From Octopus bimaculoides (taxonomy: Eukaryota): a stretch of DNA of 63,750 nt. Under the pieces are notes generated by a model. It was not told the DNA's origin. It saw nothing but the letters and a program-made list of their open reading frames with translations, and ran no database searches. The position numbers were made by a program, and so were the translations under genes. Positions within the stretch are counted from its first letter, which is position 1, and the number at the start of each line of letters is the position of its first letter. The stretch covers positions 158,867,975 to 158,931,724 of the forward strand of contig NC_068983.1 in NCBI RefSeq assembly GCF_001194135.2. Direction: 5' to 3'. Positions 12,057 to 24,460 of this stretch are shown here, piece after piece.

Positions 12057-14098
12057 CACACACAAATATATACACACATATATGTGTGTGTGTGTAACTG
12101 TTTTAATTCTGTAAGCATATCTGTGTTAATTTATTTTTTATTTTGATTAAATTTTCCTAGCCAGAATTGAAAATAAACATCACTAATTCCAAATTTTTAC
12201 CAATTAATATAGATTATAATCGGCTACCACATACACACCAGTACAGAAACGAATTCTTTAATATTTATATATTAACTGACGGCTTCATATCTTGTCAGAT
12301 TGAAAAACAAGGGCTAATTGGCTCTAAGCATTTGTGTATATTTTCGGAAGAACCTGACATTTAACAAGCTAAAATATTTTACAAAAAAAATACATGTATA
12401 TATATATTATGGGTGTATTGGAAAATATTTCGAAATAAAGGCGATATAATTTCATTTAGGTAGTAAAGAAAAATGAAAAACCGATGAAATCCAATACAAC
12501 ATCAAATGAAAGGAAGGGAGATAACCAGCATCTCGGCCGGACAAGCTAATGAGAGACGGTAGAAGTGTTCAACGTGCTAGGTAGGGCACCTTAACTATGA
12601 CTAACCGATCAAATTACAGCAATACAAATGTGAACAGTTACGAAGGAACATTTTCAACAAGCATGAGTTAATGACGTGAAGAGTTACTAATGATCACTTT
12701 GATTAAAAAAAAAGTCGACGGGTAAATGGAGACGAAAGGTAGTAGCGGGCCAGCAATTAAGGACTTAGTGGAACAATATAAAGCAGTCGAAAATAAATGC
12801 TGCAACACAGAGATAGCAAGAAATAGTTTTATTAAAGATTCGAGAAATACATACTAATGTGGAAGTTAGTAGAATTGTTAAGATTAAAAGCTGTTCAACC
12901 ATTTTGATGAGTAGTTTTAGTGTATCGAGCCACTTCCGTTTGCAGCCACCACCCACCGTACATCTATTTAAGTCTGGCTGGCTGTTATCTGTTAAATAGA
13001 CACTATCTCTTGAGCCGTTTGAAAACTAGACAAACAAGAGTGTTACAACTATAAACTATTACGGTCAATTGAAACTAATCAATGAAATTATATATTGTAA
13101 ATTTACAGACATTTTAAAATACATATAACGTATAACAGCGATACTATTTAGTAAATTATAGAATATCATAATTATAGATAAGAAAGCTAAAAGACTAAAA
13201 TGTCATTTGGGATGGGGTTCCTAGCCTTTTTTCATGATGTTATTTGAAATTGTCAACCAAACTTTTTAAATAAAAGGGTAAAGCAAAAAAGAATGAGTTC
13301 AGTTATGAAGTAAATGTGCCGACATGAGTGTAAGAAGAAACAAAAATATTTCAGAATGGGATGGGAATAAAAAATGGTAACAAAAAGTCAAGTAAATTTA
13401 TGACTGTTAAAAACAAAAAATATATGATTCACTAAACAGGGCACGAACTCTTATGAATATTCGCAACTAATAAAAACAATAACAAAATAAAATAAATCAG
13501 TTGAGAACTAAATATCGAAAGCTGACTAATTTGATCAGAATTCCCCAACTTTAAAATACGAAAAAAATATTAAAACAAAAGAAAAAAAACAGGTATTTGC
13601 GGGTTGTGACAAATAATATAAAGATTAACGGACACAGTGTATATATATATATATATATATAGTAGCGTTAACTCTTTGGAAGAGGGGTGGGTTACAATTA
13701 GATAGAAGCACTAGAAACGGTAGATTTTTTTTCGGTTTTCTAAGAATAATTTCCGAGCTGTAAACTGGGATAATTAAAAAGGGAGAGTTGAGCAGCAGGA
13801 AAGGAATTATTTGTGTCACAAGACGTTTCGCTGTCCAAGAAAGCGATATGGAGATGGATTCTATCAATAATATCTTTTAACCTAAAGAGGGTCCCTTAAC
13901 TCTGTGACAATATGGATGACAAATAGGGTAATAAATAAATATTAAAAACAAAATAGAAAGAAAAAAAAAAGTGCATTGAGAAAGATAAGGGATTCTGAAG
14001 AGAATGACACATTTCGATAGACCGAGATAGCAAAAAATAAAACGAGAGATACACGAGAAATGGAGAAAGTTACTAAATGAAACTAAAAAGATACTTAC

Positions 14099-14290
14099 CT
14101 TTTGTTTACAGTAGTATAATGTAATGGTTAACGAACACCCTTCTCTCGTTGCTGTCACCCTACCCCAGACGAAGTAAGCCCACTGTGATGACGTAAGACG
14201 CCACCGAATCGTTACTATATTTGGAATTATTTCCCGTGACGCTCTGCTGCTGGTCCGTATAAAATATGGACTCGACACTTTAGACGAACC
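14099..14290 (-). other. Candidate non-coding first exon of a minus-strand gene
   Basis: Consensus donor AAG|GTAAGTA (intron starts at 14098). CpG-rich relative to the window, with no ATG-initiated ORF. The 5' boundary is approximate. Confidence 0.5.
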
Positions 14291-14645
14291 GTTTCGTTAA
14301 AGAGTAAAAGTGGTGAAGCGAAGAAAAAGTTACTTCGTTAATTTTTATTTTATTTTATTTTGTTTTTACTTTTTAGGAGAAATTATTTCCATCACTAACA
14401 TTCAGTTATCCTAGTTTTACAACATAAAACATTTCATTTCTTTAATCTTGATAAAATGTGTAACGATTTGTATGGTCGAATTTAAGCAATAAACATGCAT
14501 AATTTACAACTCCACAGTTAGCATTTCAAACAAGCACTTTGTAGCCGTTAAAACAAAAAGATAACAAACCAACGTTAATAATTAAACTTAAGTGGATGCG
14601 CGCGCGCATACATGTCTGCGCGCACGCACGCACGTGCGCATGAGG
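14180..14645. promoter_or_regulatory. Putative promoter region
   Basis: CRE-like TGACGTAA near 14189, local CpG enrichment, an alternating purine-pyrimidine tract at 14596-14642, and no SINEs. Confidence 0.4.
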
Positions 14646-15132
14646 ATAAAAATTAGAATATTATGTTCGAAAGCAAAATTAAAATGGGAATATACTAAAA
14701 ATGGGAATTACAAATAAGTAATAAAAGAAATGTAAAATATTATTTTTGAAAAGTTATATTCATTACAAACTAAATTCCTACACAGGCGCAAGAGCACAGA
14801 TTTATATGGGACGGTAGTTGACAGTACTGTATGTTACAGGTACTTGTTTAATTGTGCCCGGAGGGAAAGTAAGATCTAAGCAATTTCAGCTGGTTTTGAA
14901 CACAGAAAGTTAGACAATTACTGAATGCCATGAACAGAAGTAGGTTGCTCTAAGTAGTTCCTAGGTGATGATGCTACTAGAAAACTTTATCATCATCATC
15001 ATCATCATCATCATCACCACTTAATGAGCGTTTTCAATGGACAGTTTAACAAGAACTGATGAGCCGGCATCAGTTTTAGCATGGTTTCTATAGGAGGATG
15101 TCCTTCCTAATTCTGACCACTTTACAGTGTGT

Positions 15133-15274
15133 ATCATCATCATCGTTTAACGTCCGCTTTCCATGCTAGCATGGGTTGGACGATTTGACTGACGACTGGC
15201 GAACCAGATGGCTGCACCAGGCTCCAATCTGATTTGGCAGAGTTTCTACGGCTGGATGCCCTTCCTAACGCCCA
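15133..15274 (-). mobile_element. Repeat family B copy
   Basis: Near-consensus 3' portion with (ATG)n tail. Confidence 0.85.
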
Positions 15275-15507
15275 GCTTTAGTGATGTCACCAAATAAATT
15301 GTAAGACAGAAAGGAATGGAATTAAGAAAAAGGAAAATGCTTCCTGTGAAGTGGGAGTCTTCAGGCAAGGGAGGCTGTTTTATGACAGGTGTTGAAAGGC
15401 TAAAGTATAGTAGACTGGCAAGCACGGCTGTCTTGCTACGGAGGAGATACATGGCTACCTCTTAATTATATAAGGAAGAATAAGGCAACAAACTGGCAGA
15501 ATTGTTA

Positions 15508-15878
15508 GCAGGAGTGGCTGTGTGGTAAGTAGCTTGCTTACCAATCACATGGTTCTGGGCTCATTCCCACTGCATGGCACCTTGGGTAAGTGTCTTCTAC
15601 TACAGTCTCGGGCCGTCCAAAGCCTTGTGAGTGGATTTGGTAGACGGAAACTGAAAGAAGCCCGTCGTATATATGTTTATATATGTGTGTGTGTATATGT
15701 GTTTGTCCCCCCAACATCGCTTGACAACCGATGCTGGTGTGTTTACGTCCCTGTAACTTAGCGACCGATAGAATAAGTACTAGGCTTCCAAAGAATAAGT
15801 CCTGGGGTCGATTTGCTCGACTAAAGGCGGTGCTCCAGCATGGCCACAGTCAAATGACTGAAACAAGTAAAAGAAGGA
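15508..15878 (+). mobile_element. SINE family A, near full length
   Basis: tRNA-like head with A/B-box-like motifs, CORE-like ACCTTGGGTAAGTGTCTT, internal (TA/TG)n and tail GAAACAAGTAAAAG. Confidence 0.9.
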
Positions 15879-16039
15879 GTATGCCAGACAAAATGCTTAG
15901 CTGCATTTCATCTGTCTTTACGAGTCAATAAAATAAGCACCAGTTGAGCAATGGGTTGGTGTCATTGACTAACCCCCATCCCCACCTTCTAAAATTATGC
16001 CAAAACTTGAAATACTTACATAAGGGTGATTTGTAGTGT

Positions 16040-16330
16040 AAAGGCACAAAGCTTACTAGTTAGGGCATTTGGCTCACAATCGTAAGGCTGTGAGTTCAAT
16101 TCCCAGCAGCATGTGTCCTTGAGAAAGACACTTTATTCCACATCACTCCAGTTCACTCAGCTAGAAAAGGGCCAGTCTTGTCACATTTTGGGTCATACTG
16201 AATTTCCCTGAGAACTACTTTAAGGGTATGCGTGTCTGTGGAGTGCTCAGCCACTTGCACGTTAATTTCATGAGCAGGCTGTTCTGTTAATTGGACCCAA
16301 GTGGAATCCTTATCATTGTAAGCAATGAAG
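16040..16330 (+). mobile_element. tRNA-derived SINE family C
   Basis: tRNA-like head plus TGTCCTTGAGAAAGACACTTTATT...CCAGTTCACTCAGCT. The 3' end matches the post-gap fragment at 36011-36060. Confidence 0.7.
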
Positions 16331-16815
16331 GGCCAGTTTTTTTTTTTAGGTTAGTTGTAGCTGGAGGGAAAATAAAGATGGCAGTGTTGGAGTGCCCTGA
16401 GCAAACTCTCATGGTACAAGAAACCCCTGTACTTATTTTTTTAAAGCTAGGTACTTATTCTATCTGTCTCTTTTGCTGAACCACTAAGTTGTGGGGATGT
16501 AAATGCACCCACACCAGCTGTCAAGTGGTGGTGAGGGACAAATACAGACACAAAGATGCATGCAGATACATCATCATCATTTAATGCCTGTTGTCCATGC
16601 TGGCATGGGTTGGATGGTTTGACTGGGCTGTCACACTGGAAGGCTATGCCAAACTCAAGTCTGATTTGGCATGGTTTTCTACAGTTGGATACTCTTCCTA
16701 ATGCCAACCACTCCAAGAGTGTAATGGGTGCTTTTATGTGCCACCAGCACTGGTACCAGTTTGCACAACACGAGTATCTACTACGACTATGATTTTGCTT
16801 GGCTTGTATATATGC

Positions 16816-16856
<41 letters not shown>

Positions 16857-16902
16857 TCATCATCATCATCGTNNNNNNNNNNTGCTTGGCTTGTATATAT
16901 GC

Positions 16903-16943
<41 letters not shown>

Positions 16944-16944
16944 T

Positions 16945-17130
16945 CATCATCATCATCGTCGTCGTTTAACATCCGGTTTCCATACTAGCATGGGTTGGAC
17001 GATTTGACTGAGGACTGGTGAAACCAGATGGCTACACCAGGCTCCAATCTGATTTGGAAGAGTTTCTACAGCTGAATGCCTTTCTAACGCCAACCACTCA
17101 GAGAGTGTAGTGAGTACTTTTACGTGTCCT
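16945..17130 (-). mobile_element. Repeat family B copy
   Basis: Matches the family consensus. Confidence 0.85.
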
Positions 17131-17604
17131 GACTTTAAATATCATTCATGTTTCTTTCTTCAAAAATACCTTGTAACCACTTTTAAGTTCCAATACTTTC
17201 ACATCATTATATCCTTTATTAGTATTGAATTTTTTATAACCTCTTTAGAGGCCAATTCCATTCCTCTTCTTGCTCCTACCTACTCTCATCTCAATGTCAA
17301 ATGACCACACTTCTCCACTATGAATTCCATCATTATATTTGCAGTAAAAATTCTTGAATCCAATAATTTATATTGAATTAATAGGTCTTGTTAGTATCAA
17401 TATTGTTCGTTTCATATCTTTATCCATTCACCATATATAAATACATTTATTTTCTAACCATTGGGTGTATGGTTCAGAAGCTTGCTTGCCAACCATAAAG
17501 TCTTGGGTTCAGTCCTGCTGCATGGCACTTTGGACAAGTGTCTTTCACTATAGCCTCTGATTGACCAAAGCCTTGTGAGTGGATTTGAAAGGAGCCCATT
17601 GTAA

Positions 17605-17639
<35 letters not shown>

Positions 17640-17875
17640 NNNNNNNNNNNNNNNNNNNNNNNNNNNNNNNNNNNNNNNNNNNNNNNNNNNNNNNNNNNNN
17701 NNNNNNNNNNNNNNNNTAATGTATCTTAATACTGCAAATAAATAAAAGGTCTGTCCATTTTACATTTTGTGCCTCAGAATTCCAAGAGCCTTAGTCTATC
17801 TTCATTCCTCATATCATATCTATAGCCTCCCTGTATACTAGAGTAGACATGCTGTTTTCTGCATCTGAACTACAC

Positions 17876-18026
17876 TGTCGGAGTGGTTGGCATTAGGAAG
17901 GGCATCCAGCTGTAGAAACCCTGCTAAATCAGATTGGAGCCTGGTGTAACCACCTGGTTCACCAGTCCTCAGTCAAATCGTCCAACCCATGCTAGCATGG
18001 AAAACGAACGTTAAACGATGATGATT
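17876..18026 (+). mobile_element. Repeat family B copy
   Basis: GAGTGGTTGGCATTAGGAAGGGCATCCAGCTG...GTTAAACGATGATGAT. Confidence 0.85.
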
Positions 18027-18164
18027 ATATATATATATATAAGGTTAGTTGTGTTAGAGGTTAAAAGTAAGAGCTTTGTTGATGTAAACCCTCTCAAGTA
18101 TCACCACAAGGAAAAATTTTGACTAGTCAAGTCTGGGGAATGTGAAGGCCATTCAAAGTAGACC

Positions 18165-18645
18165 TCACAATGGTTCCAGCTGCTCATACCACAAGAGAAA
18201 CAATGCAGTTGCTATGCCAGGGCTTTGGAGAGAGAACAATCTCTTACTATGGCAATGTCAACTGGCCTTCACATTCCCCAGACTTGACTAGCCCGAATTT
18301 TTTTCTAGTGGGGATACCTGAAAGAGAGGGTTCACATCAACAAACCAGAAACCTTGGTGCAACTGAAGGAGAACATCAACAGAAAAATCAGAGAAGTGGG
18401 GTCTGAAACTCTTGAGGGTGATATGGTGCAAGTTTTGGAAAGAGCACAGGCAAGTAAAGCTGAAAATGGCTGCCATTTAAGCGATGTCATTTTTCACATG
18501 TGATGGAGTGGTGCTGCAAAATATGACTTGTGCACATTGATTTCTATTAACTCCTTTATGTTGTATCAAAGTTTCATGCATTTATCTGTCGAGTTAAGGA
18601 AGTTATTAGAAATTGAAACCCATCAGGGACTTTTGGGACACCCTG
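18165..18645 (+). mobile_element. Tc1/mariner relic (maT/rosa-like), 3' half with TIR
   Basis: AHTTRETMQLL...NWPSHSPDLTSPNFF(L)WGYLKERVHINKP...GCHLSDVIF. Right end TTTTGGGACACCCTG followed by TA (18646-18647). Confidence 0.85.
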
Positions 18646-18659
18646 TATATGTATATATG

Positions 18660-18950
18660 AAATCATGAGATAGTGAGTTTGATTTGCAGACTAGGCTGTG
18701 TTGTGTTCTTGAGCAAGACACTTTATTTCATGTTGTTCCAGTTCACTCAGCTGTAGGAATGAATTGCAATGTCACTGGTGCCAAACTGTATTAGCTTTTG
18801 CTTTTCCCTTGGATAACATTAGTTGCATGGAGTGGGGAGGCCAGTGTGCATGGGTGATGGCTGGTCTTCTATAAACAACCTTGCCCAGACAAGCGTAACT
18901 TTCTAGGTGCAATCCCATGGTCATTCTTGACTGAAGTGGGGTCTTTACCC
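18660..18950 (+). mobile_element. tRNA-derived SINE, same head as family C but a different body
   Basis: Shares GTGTTCTTGAGCAAGACACTTTATTTCA...CCAGTTCACTCAGCTG, then diverges. Confidence 0.6.
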
Positions 18951-19206
18951 TGTATGTATATATATATATAGAGAACATACCAAGAGTTTTCATCAATTGA
19001 TGTAATGTAATAGGTATCTTTCTTTAAGGACATGTTAATTTTTGAGAATTGCTGGTTCCTTGATATTATTACATTACATTATATTATATTGTCTTATATC
19101 ATATNNNNNNNNNNNNNNNNNNNNNNNNNNNNNNNNNNNNNNNNNNNNNNNNNNNNNNNNNNNNNNNNNNNNNNNNNNNNNNNNNNNNNNNNNNNNNNNN
19201 NNNNNN

Positions 19207-19264
<58 letters not shown>

Positions 19265-19489
19265 TGTATGTATATATATACATATATATAGAAAGCGAGA
19301 GAGAGAGAGATGTATGTATTAATATATATTATATATGTATGTATATGGAAAATATACAAGGAGTTTTCGTCAATTGATGTAATGTAATATGTATGTACTA
19401 TGAGTGTTCAGTTTGGGTAACCACTAAAACTCTGGTTTGAACTGCAACTGAAAAATGTGGTGTTGAAAATGCCAATTAAAAGTGGCTAG

Positions 19490-19520
19490 AAGTGGCTAGA
19501 AGTGACTAGAAGTGGCTAGA
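19490..19520. repeat. 10-bp tandem repeat (AAGTGGCTAG), about 4 copies
   Basis: Directly visible. Confidence 0.9.
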
Positions 19521-20059
19521 GAGAGATGTATGTATTAACATATATTATATGCTTGAGTGGTGCTTTTTATGTGCCACTAGCACAGGTGCCAGTCAGGTGG
19601 CACTGGCATCAGCCATGCTTGAATGGTGCTTTTTACGTACCACTGGCATGGGTACCAGTCAGGCAACACTGATGATGATAATGATAAATTGTGTATGTGG
19701 CATATCTCTGACTATTATGTTGCATCACTTTACTTCCAGTAGTAGTTCAAAAAATAGAGATCAATAAATTAAACATTGGGGTCATTATATATAAAAGTTA
19801 TAGTTTTCTATAACTGCCAAATATTTTATATCTTTTTCTCTATTTGTGCTGAGAGCTTTAATACCAAACCTTTAATATTCTCATCTATTTACTTATACTT
19901 GAATCTTTTTCTTCAGTTCGCTTACTCATATTTTGAGCTTTGTCTATACTTCCGATAAAATAATATAAAAAATTTTCTTGTACAGTCAAGAGCTGAGGTT
20001 CCAAGAACTGAGATCAAGATTGGTGCTAGAATATCCACAATCATAGGTTAGTTCAACAA

Positions 20060-20295
20060 TGCACACCTGTACCTCCAGGCCTACAATGTATGCTCGGTTC
20101 TTCCAGCCCTATGATGTGGAACTGCTTCTCTCAATCCTACAATGTATACACCTTGCTCCAAGTCCTACAATATGTACCTATTTTTCCCAGCCTATAATGT
20201 GTTCCCCCTTTCTCCCAGCCCTACAACATGTATCTTCCTCTCCCAGCTCAATAATATGCATCCCCTTTTCCAAGCCTTACATTGCACACACCTTT
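20060..20295. repeat. Degenerate minisatellite, about 27-28 bp unit, about 8 copies
   Basis: Recurrent CCCAGCCCTACAATGTRT-like units. Confidence 0.75.
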
Positions 20296-22539
20296 TTAAT
20301 AGTTTATTTCTACAAATTCCTCCAACATCCTTTTTACAGAAACTGAAAAACACAGTTGAAAATTTATAATTAACTTGAGTACAAGAAATCTATAGTATTA
20401 TTATCATACACTGAATTAATCTATTATTTGTCAAAAATTTTTAATATTTCACATCAAATCTTGTATTATGATCTCATAGTACCACATGCTCCTTTCATCT
20501 TCTCCATCCCATCCTATTCAGAAAGTGACCTTCCCTGCTTTCTTTGTTTCTGAGATTCCATGCTTTAGGGGCAGTGGTTCCTTTTGATTCCTATTTTACT
20601 GTATTGGACCTCAATATCCACTCAGTGTATTCTTTTACTTTCTTGTTTCAGTCATTTGACTGTGGCCATGCTGGAGCACCACCTTGTATTTTTATGATTA
20701 AATATTGTTAAGAATTGTATATAAAAAAAATTAAAATATTTTGTGTCTTGTATAAGCAATTTATTGCACATAAATTTTAACAACAAAATCTTATTTGAAC
20801 CCCACAAAGGCCATATGAACCCCAGTTGACAATCACTACTTTAGGGTAAACATTTGTGTGTTGAGGATGCTGCTGTACTGTCACTGAATGATAGGTCAGT
20901 GTCTTACCAAGAGATGAAGCAACTCCATAGATGTTTTAGTTCCTTCCACTGTGACACCAGAACTGCACCAAGTCATCCACCAATGTAGGTGAGAAAACTC
21001 CCACACAACATCACAAGCTGAGATTTTATGTATTTAAATGGATTAAATTTTGTTCAAAGTTTGTGCAGTGCCTCCAGATATTAGTGCCTTAAACAACTAT
21101 CTAGTTTGCCTAGCATGTAGTGTTAGTCCTAATTGAGATCAAATCTTTGCTGGATACTCAACTATATGTCAAATCTAATATGAATTCAGTTGATCATATT
21201 TGCCAACTACAACTTCTCTTCTAATCTCACCATGTAAAGTTGAATATAAATCCAACTTTCTATTGATAATGATATTTGTAAGGTAAAATAATTTTGTGTG
21301 CTCTGAGGTAATATTAATTCTGACATTTCAAACACAAACCTCTTCTATGGCCAAGAAAGGAAGAAGCCTGCTTAATATGTCAAAAGTAACTCCTAATGGT
21401 TCACAAACCTGTTTTATTCTATGAAGTCTGTCACCCTTTTCTCTCTTTTCTAATGTCACTACTTCTCTCAAAGTCTATGTTTTTCTTATGTTTTTGTTAT
21501 TGACATATTGACACATCTACAAACCTTTATCGATATATTGGTGAATTTTTATTTTACTTTTTTTACGACACATCTGATACATACTGCAAGCATAGTGATC
21601 TTAGATTAATCTTTTCTAAATATAAATAGACTCAACTTCTACACTTCTCTATTCCTGTCAGTCTCTTTTCTCCTTCTTTCTTTATCTAATTATTTATCTC
21701 TAACTATCCATCAGTCTTCTAACATGTGTATTTACTTAAAAGTCAAAATAGTATATCAATATATCTGTAAATTTTTCAGTGTGTATATTCAATCACATTG
21801 ACACACACAGATATACATAAACACACACACACACTGATGTCTCTGTGTGTAAGTGTAAACATGTTATAAACTCACTGTAAACATGGCCAGTTTGAAGTAT
21901 TTTTTTTCATACATTAGTTAACCTTAGAAGGCAAAGCTGTGCTTATTGACATAGGATAGGATAACTCAATGAAAATTATGCCATTACTATTTAGAATTCT
22001 TGTAAGCGCAAGGCTGAAAAGCATGCCAGAAGAACACAATTATGGAGAAGAAGAGTTAAGAATGTGTCGAAAAAGGAATGATATACAAGCAGTGCGAGTA
22101 AGAACATGAAGTCACTGTCTTTTTAAAGTCAACAGCCTATGTTTTTACCAAGAAATCTGGAGTTTTCTGTATGTTTCATGTACAAGTTTATCCTAGTTCT
22201 TCACAGATAACAGATCAATATATGCAAGTTAAAAAATTATACCAAATATGATATATATTATATGGAAATGAATTATTCTATGTTAAGGTATCATCAGAAT
22301 GCTTTTGATGTACAATTTATCCAAACATTAGTTTACAGATTTCTTAAAGTTCATAACTGAACAATGGAATACAGTTGTATAGTTGTGGTTTTAAAATTTC
22401 ACCGTAATTTTTTGTTAAAATGTTCTCCAGTGGAATAAAAAAAAAATACAACAGCTTTGAAACAAGATTTAATTGAAGTTACTGAGAAGACAAACAACTG
22501 TGCTGCATGCATCAAAAGAATTCTGTATTTCAGATAAAC

Positions 22540-23360
22540 TAATGAAAACTAGAGAAAAATATCAAATATAGTTTAGATAATGTTTAAAGAGAAATGTGCT
22601 CACAGTAGTAAACCAAACGGGTGTCTACAATTGACGAAAAATGTTGCAGAGTAGGTGCTTGAAAATTCTCAAAATAGGAACTGTGTTATTCATGTTCCCC
22701 TCTAAATCCAAGTACAAAAGGAAGCAACAAAAGATGGAAGTTTGGATTTTAAAGTAAGTGATGGATGGTGCGCTAGGTTCATGAATTGATATGACTTAGT
22801 ACTTTGGAAGAGAACTAAGATTGCACAAAAGCTATCTGCTGGTATAGATGATTAAATACTAGTTTTAGTTTCACCAATTTGGTATCAGAAATCAACAGAA
22901 GAAAGGCTACAAGCTATCATATATAAGAACATAGAGAGGAAATGCCTATTACTCTTGACATGACAGAGAACTGAGCCATGAACCAAAATGGAGAAGAAAA
23001 AAACAGTATTATTGAGAACTACTGACCATAAGAAAAGTAGGACTACTTTTGTTCATTCTTGTATGGTTGATAGTACAATGTTAAAATTAACAGTTGTTGA
23101 TATAAAAACTCTGCCAAAGATGAAATTTTCAAAAGGAATTGTCATTTATATACATCCACAAGAGCAGTTGGATGAGGATGGATGGAAAAAAGAGATAAAG
23201 TTTGGAATTCACAATTTGGTAGATTATGAAAGAAAAAAGGGTTTGCTTTGGGACCTGTTTAAGCCATATCTAGTGAAGAATACTGTTGATAATGTCTGAT
23301 CACAAAACACTGAAGTGGTGTTGTGTTTTTACATATTTTTATCAATATTGGTATTTAAAG
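22540..23360 (+). pseudogene. Decayed pogo-family (POGK-like) transposase
   Basis: DFKVSDGWCARFMN*YDLVL...PITLDMT...GEEK/TVLLRTTDHKKSR...LLWDLFKPY follows the POGK-type pattern FKASRGW...ETPI...GEKPVLVKT. Confidence 0.85.
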
Positions 23361-23459
23361 CCTTAAGCTGCATTGAATTAATTAGGGAAAAACAAAGCAC
23401 TGAGAAACAGTACCTCTGATCAATGTGATTTTAACCACAAATATGAAAATAATATGGTC

Positions 23460-23722
23460 ATAGAGGCACATAAAAGACACCATTTTGAGCGTGGTTGTTG
23501 CCAGTACCGCCTGACTGGCCCTCGTGCAGGTGACACGTAAAAGCACCCACTACACTCTCGGAGTGGTTGGTGTTAGGAAGGGCATCCAGCTGTAGAAACT
23601 CTGCCAAATTAGATTGGAGCCTGGTGTTGCCATCCAGTTTCACCAGTCCTCAGTCAAATCGTCCAACCCATGCCAGCATGGAAAGCGGACGTTAAAAGAT
23701 GATGATGATGATGATGATGATA
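23460..23722 (+). mobile_element. Repeat family B copy with 5' modules
   Basis: Body plus (GAT)n tail. Confidence 0.9.
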
Positions 23723-24460
23723 GAGTTATAATGTGTAAGACACTGACCAGGTAACATTAAAAAATACCAACAACTGAACAAGTATCAGCCATCTGTATAT
23801 TATTACAGCAAGTTAGTGGTAATATGCAATAACTATGAGACGTAAATTGATTTCACTTTGCTAGTCTGTTGAGTGTGATTAATACAGGTAAAAGAGCAGG
23901 TGTAAATATTTATAAGAGTTATGCATCCTTCTTTATGGTTGTTGTTACTTAGCAGGATGTATGTTTTGGTGCATAAAATTGCAATGATTACTGTAATTCA
24001 ATGTGAGTCTTTTTTATTCGTTTAAAGATGGTTTTGGCTTCTGCTACTGATATAGTATTTTGGATTCTAGCATGAATTTAAGTCCCTCAAAAGTAGTATC
24101 TATGAAATAGTTAACCCCATAAATTTAACTTTTAAATAAATGGTTTAAAAAAAATTCAACTTTTACGTGTGTATATACTGTAGCTTTTAATAGAGAAAAC
24201 ACACAACAAGCAAGTTCCTGATGAGCCAGTGTAGTATATTGGTAAAGAGCAATGATGTGGCATGGTGTGTGTGTGTGGGTGTGTGTTTGTTGACCATAGG
24301 GGTGGCCACTTTATGTATGTATTTACTGCAATTGAAGATATGCACAGACCAACTAAAACCTATACTATGCTACTGATCGATTGTACTCAGCAGATAGTTA
24401 AGTGAGTATTCTAATTATAAATACATGTACCCATCTTCATCTCTGCTCTATTCTCTGCTT

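Noticed and set aside
13877-14278. 133-aa ORF
   Set aside because: Starts at GTG, runs through a consensus splice donor into low-complexity intron-like sequence, and has no recognisable domain.
16728-17007. ORFs and a duplicated block of about 70 nt around a 10-N gap
   Set aside because: The identical sequence on both sides of the gap points to a contig-overlap artefact; the ORFs are (TA)n readings.
18960-19545. Duplicated segments flanking a gap
   Set aside because: Probably an assembly or haplotype artefact around microsatellites; cannot be resolved without reads.
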